A DNA stretch of 64,000 nt. Source: Nemertoderma westbladi (lineage: Eukaryota; Animalia; Xenacoelomorpha). The first letter of the stretch is position 1, and every line of letters starts with the position of its first letter. The notes beneath the pieces are model-generated. The model saw only the letters and a program-made list of their open reading frames with translations, was not told the origin of the DNA and ran no database searches. Both the position numbers and the translations under genes were made by a program. Location: contig JAUCBJ010007215.1 in NCBI GenBank assembly GCA_032718475.1, forward strand, positions 1 through 64,000. Reading direction: 5' to 3'. This document shows positions 60,848 through 64,000 of this stretch, piece by piece.

Positions 60848-63800
60848 ACAATACGGTGAGGACGTAGTTCCTCGGAAATCTGGTTTTGGTCCAATTTTCT
60901 CAAAGCTCTGGTTATCTCGTTCCGTGCACCCACAAAGTTTGTCCCTTGGTCGCAGTATATGGATTTGACCAATCCACGTCTAGCGATAAATCGCCGTAAG
61001 GCTAGGATAAAGGCATTGGTGGACAAGTCTGTCACTCGCTCTATATGGACAGCTCTGCTGGCCATGCAAGTGAAGATCAATCCCCAACGTTTTACCTGTA
61101 CCCTTCCGCGTTTCGCGATTATGGGTCCAAAACAGTCTATCCCTGTCTCAGTGAAAGGGGGTCTAAATGCCTGTAATCTTGCTAGTGGTAGTTCACTCAT
61201 TTCTTGGTGTCCTATCCTCGCGTGCACCTTCTTACAAATAATACAGTTCCGTGTTACCGAACTCAGTGCCTTACTAGGTCTAATCAGTACAAACCTCGAG
61301 CGTAAGTATGATAGACAGTGGTGTCTACCTACGTGTTTGAGTTGTACGTGTGCGTTCAGTATCATAGCGCGCTGTAATTCATGGTGTTGCGGTATGATGA
61401 TAGGATACCTGAAGTCAAGTGCAAAGTCGATGTTTTGGAGTCTGGACTTGTGACAAAGTAAGCCCCGGTAAATAATCGGACTCCAACTCAAAATCGGTGA
61501 AGACTTAATCTGTTTACCTTGTTTGATCGCTGTGAACTCTCGTGCGAAATATCGCAATTGATAATGTCGAATGATATCAACTTCACAGTGTTCAATTTCC
61601 TTTAAGGTAAGTCTTCTAGGAAAGTCGCGTTTGCCTCTGGCATATTGTCTCAATCGTTTGAGCCATGCTAACTTGCGGCACGCGTCAGTCCATGATCTAG
61701 TTAGGTTCACTATCCTGTCAACGTAAGTGTTAGTGACGTCATCGGGTAAGGTGTAGTCGTAGTGTGGATACTTGTCTGGACTTGGTAGGCCCACGGGCCT
61801 TCCGGTAGGTTTGTCTGAGTCCCCAAGTACGTCAATCTCTACGGTCTTACCTTTGCCGTCCGCACCTAATGTGTCGACTGGCAGTAATGGTTTCAACTCT
61901 ACAGTGTCAGTGTGTTCCTGTGAGCCTGTAAGCTTCCTAACCTTAGTCACCACTTTACCTGTAGGTAAGTCAAGTACCTTCTTCGAGCGGAGTGTAATCC
62001 CTGTGGCCACCACTTTGTCGTCCAAAGAAGTCGAATTCGGTAAGTCTCTAAAGGTCCGCTCCAATGGGTCTTCTAATGGAGTGTCTAGTAGACAGTCTGG
62101 TGAAGCGTCTGGTGAACAGTCTGGTGAGACGTCTGGTGAGACATAGCGCGGAACGTCCGGCGAAATGTCCTGTCGCCGGTCCCAAAGTCTGTCTAGCGTA
62201 ACTTCTGTCAGAAAGTCTGGTTCAAAGTCTGGTAGACAGTCTGGTGGACAGTCTGTCGAGATGTCTAGTGAACAGTCTGGTGAGACGTCCGGTAGACATT
62301 CTGTCGAGAGTTCCATCAAACAATCTGGCGAACAATCTGGAGAACAATCTGGTGTCTCTTCTGGTGAATAGTCTGGCGAGTAATCTGGTGTACAATCCGG
62401 CGAAACGTCTGGTGAAATCTCCCGCGGAACATCCGGCGAAAGATTCGTACAAGCGTCTGGTCGAGTGTCTGGCGAGACGTCTGGCGTAATGTCAGGTCTG
62501 GCGTCCAGGTCATCAGATTTCGTCCGTCCCTTTTTCCTTTTGACCTTGGCGTTGGCTTTCGCTTTAGACTTGACAACCTTGTCGAGTTTTATCTCGGCAC
62601 CCTCTGGTATGGTGTTGGTTGTCGCGTCGAATAACGGTGGCCATTCGTCTGATGGTCGCTGTAGGAAATCGGGTCCTCTAAACCAAAAGGATTTATTGTC
62701 CGGTTTACAAAAGTCAAGTGGTTGCATTCCCCGTGACGCGATGTCAGCTGGGTTCAGCTTCCCTGGACAGTGACGCCAATCTTGTTTGAGCGACCGGTCT
62801 AGTATTTCAGCCCGTCTGTTGGCTACGAAAGTCTTGAACTCGAATGTTTCGTTGTTTATGTACCAAAGTACCAACGTCGCATCCGTCCAATATGTGACCT
62901 TCAAGTTAGCCTCCAGCTCGCGTTGAACTAGACTGACAATATCGGTGGATATCGTCCCGGCTTGCAGCTCCCCACGAGGTACAGTCATATACTTCAATGG
63001 CATTGTTCTAGCCTTTGAAGTAACGAGAGATACATCGTAGCTGTCCGATGTCACTTGTCGTCTAAGGTATAAAGTAACCCCCAATCCATCCTTGCTAGCG
63101 TCACTAAAGCTGTGAAGCTCTAAATCGGCAGGAAAGGTGGTTTGCAAAGGAAAGTATACCCTCGGTATAGTATAGTCTTGTAGGAACGTCAGTTGGGCTT
63201 CCCAGTCCCTCCATTGCTCAGCTAACTTTTCTGGGATGGGATCGTCCCATTCCAGTCCGGCTTGCCAAATGCTGCGGAGTATGATCCTGGCATGTAGGAT
63301 CACTGGACTAATGAAACACAATGGGTCATACAATCGACTCATAGTCGATAAGCAAGTCCTCTTAGTGAGAGGTCTAGTCTGGTCGTTGGACCTTACACGT
63401 ACCCTAAAATTGTCGGTGTTAGGGTCCCAACTAAGTCCTAATACTTTGGTCGTCGGCAGAGGTTCTAGATCTAAGTCCAAGTCACCTCCGCTACGATCCG
63501 TCGGGTCAAATGAGTTCACCAGTTCGGGTTCGTTGGAAGCGAACTTCGTCAGGTGAAATCCGCCCTCAGCGAGACAATCCTGGAGTTGGTGTGCTACGGT
63601 TGTAGCGCGCTCCAAGGTGTCACAACTCTTGAGGCCGTCATCCACGTAGAAATCTCGTTCCACGGTCCGAACTACTTCTGGGTCAAATTGGTCTCGTCTG
63701 TCTAATGCTGTCTGCTTTAAGGCGTACATGGTGCAGTTGGGGCTGTCCCTGGCTCCGAATACTCTTACCTGCATTTGGTAAGTTTCTGGCGGAAGTTGTA

Positions 63801-63984
63801 AGTTTCCGTCCGGATACCAAAGAAACCTCAAACTGTCCCTGTCCCACTCCAAAGCCGTAACCTGGTGAAACATGGCCTCTACGTCACAGGTGAAAGCCAC
63901 TTTGCGTTGTCTAAAACGCATTAGGACTCCCATGAGGTAATTATTCATATTCGGCCCGTCCATCAGTTCGCTATTCATAGACAT
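60790..63984 (-). CDS. pol: BEL/Pao Pol (RT, RNase H, low-complexity linker, integrase N-terminal part); true start outside the window
   Basis: 1064-aa open frame with the Pao motifs listed above; an apparent 2-nt (CA) insertion near 60830 shifts the integrase frame. Confidence 0.93.
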   Translation of the reverse strand: MSMNSELMDGPNMNNYLMGVLMRFRQRKVAFTCDVEAMFHQVTALEWDRDSLRFLWYPDGNLQLPPETYQMQVRVFGARDSPNCTMYALKQTALDRRDQFDPEVVRTVERDFYVDDGLKSCDTLERATTVAHQLQDCLAEGGFHLTKFASNEPELVNSFDPTDRSGGDLDLDLEPLPTTKVLGLSWDPNTDNFRVRVRSNDQTRPLTKRTCLSTMSRLYDPLCFISPVILHARIILRSIWQAGLEWDDPIPEKLAEQWRDWEAQLTFLQDYTIPRVYFPLQTTFPADLELHSFSDASKDGLGVTLYLRRQVTSDSYDVSLVTSKARTMPLKYMTVPRGELQAGTISTDIVSLVQRELEANLKVTYWTDATLVLWYINNETFEFKTFVANRRAEILDRSLKQDWRHCPGKLNPADIASRGMQPLDFCKPDNKSFWFRGPDFLQRPSDEWPPLFDATTNTIPEGAEIKLDKVVKSKAKANAKVKRKKGRTKSDDLDARPDITPDVSPDTRPDACTNLSPDVPREISPDVSPDCTPDYSPDYSPEETPDCSPDCSPDCLMELSTECLPDVSPDCSLDISTDCPPDCLPDFEPDFLTEVTLDRLWDRRQDISPDVPRYVSPDVSPDCSPDASPDCLLDTPLEDPLERTFRDLPNSTSLDDKVVATGITLRSKKVLDLPTGKVVTKVRKLTGSQEHTDTVELKPLLPVDTLGADGKGKTVEIDVLGDSDKPTGRPVGLPSPDKYPHYDYTLPDDVTNTYVDRIVNLTRSWTDACRKLAWLKRLRQYARGKRDFPRRLTLKEIEHCEVDIIRHYQLRYFAREFTAIKQGKQIKSSPILSWSPIIYRGLLCHKSRLQNIDFALDFRYPIIIPQHHELQRAMILNAHVQLKHVGRHHCLSYLRSRFVLIRPSKALSSVTRNCIICKKVHARIGHQEMSELPLARLQAFRPPFTETGIDCFGPIIAKRGRVQVKRWGLIFTCMASRAVHIERVTDLSTNAFILALRRFIARRGLVKSIYCDQGTNFVGARNEITRALRKLDQNQISEELRPHRIVWFFNTPQTVRGEAAFGKG

Positions 63985-64000
63985 ACCTTGGTAAAGTGCA

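Larger units (their letters stand above)
56183..64000 (-). mobile_element. BEL/Pao LTR retrotransposon, 3' half (continues beyond the window)
   Basis: Pao-type RT (DVEAMFHQV, LRFLW, FGARDSP, FYVDD), RNase H (FSDAS, WTDA, NPADIASRG) and integrase (IDCFGP, FTCMASRAVHIE, CDQGTNF, PWRGGVWERLI). Confidence 0.95.

Noticed and set aside
60188-63556. Antisense ORFs over the Pao pol (also those over the Gypsy and RTE ORFs)
   Set aside because: Shadow frames of the coding strand with no independent motifs.

Overview
AT-rich eukaryotic (metazoan, probably invertebrate) genomic DNA made almost entirely of transposable elements and tandem repeats; nothing here is prokaryotic and there is no CRISPR array. 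The only host-gene-like sequence is one exon of a class A GPCR (15931-16192, minus strand). From left to right: a probable LTR-element end with a zinc-knuckle ORF; a three-tier nest (CR1/L2-type LINE split by a TTAA-flanked piggyBac-like non-autonomous element, itself split by a young Gypsy element); a 3-kb 51-bp minisatellite; a Kolobok/PF20700-type transposase split by a Penelope-like element that carries a hammerhead-like motif; a second piggyBac-like copy inside another LINE; 86-bp and 57-bp tandem arrays; hAT, CRE and RTE relics; and the 3' half of a BEL/Pao element. The most striking structure is 36082-54847. It looks like a satellite but is a nest of about 14 full or partial copies of one ~1.27-kb non-autonomous Helitron-like element, all in the same orientation. 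One host copy is split into 8 pieces over 16.5 kb, six of its seven interruptions are relatives inserted at A|T, and composite units and captured flanks fit rolling-circle transposition. All coordinates were read by eye and may be off by a few bases; family names come from recognised motifs, not database searches.
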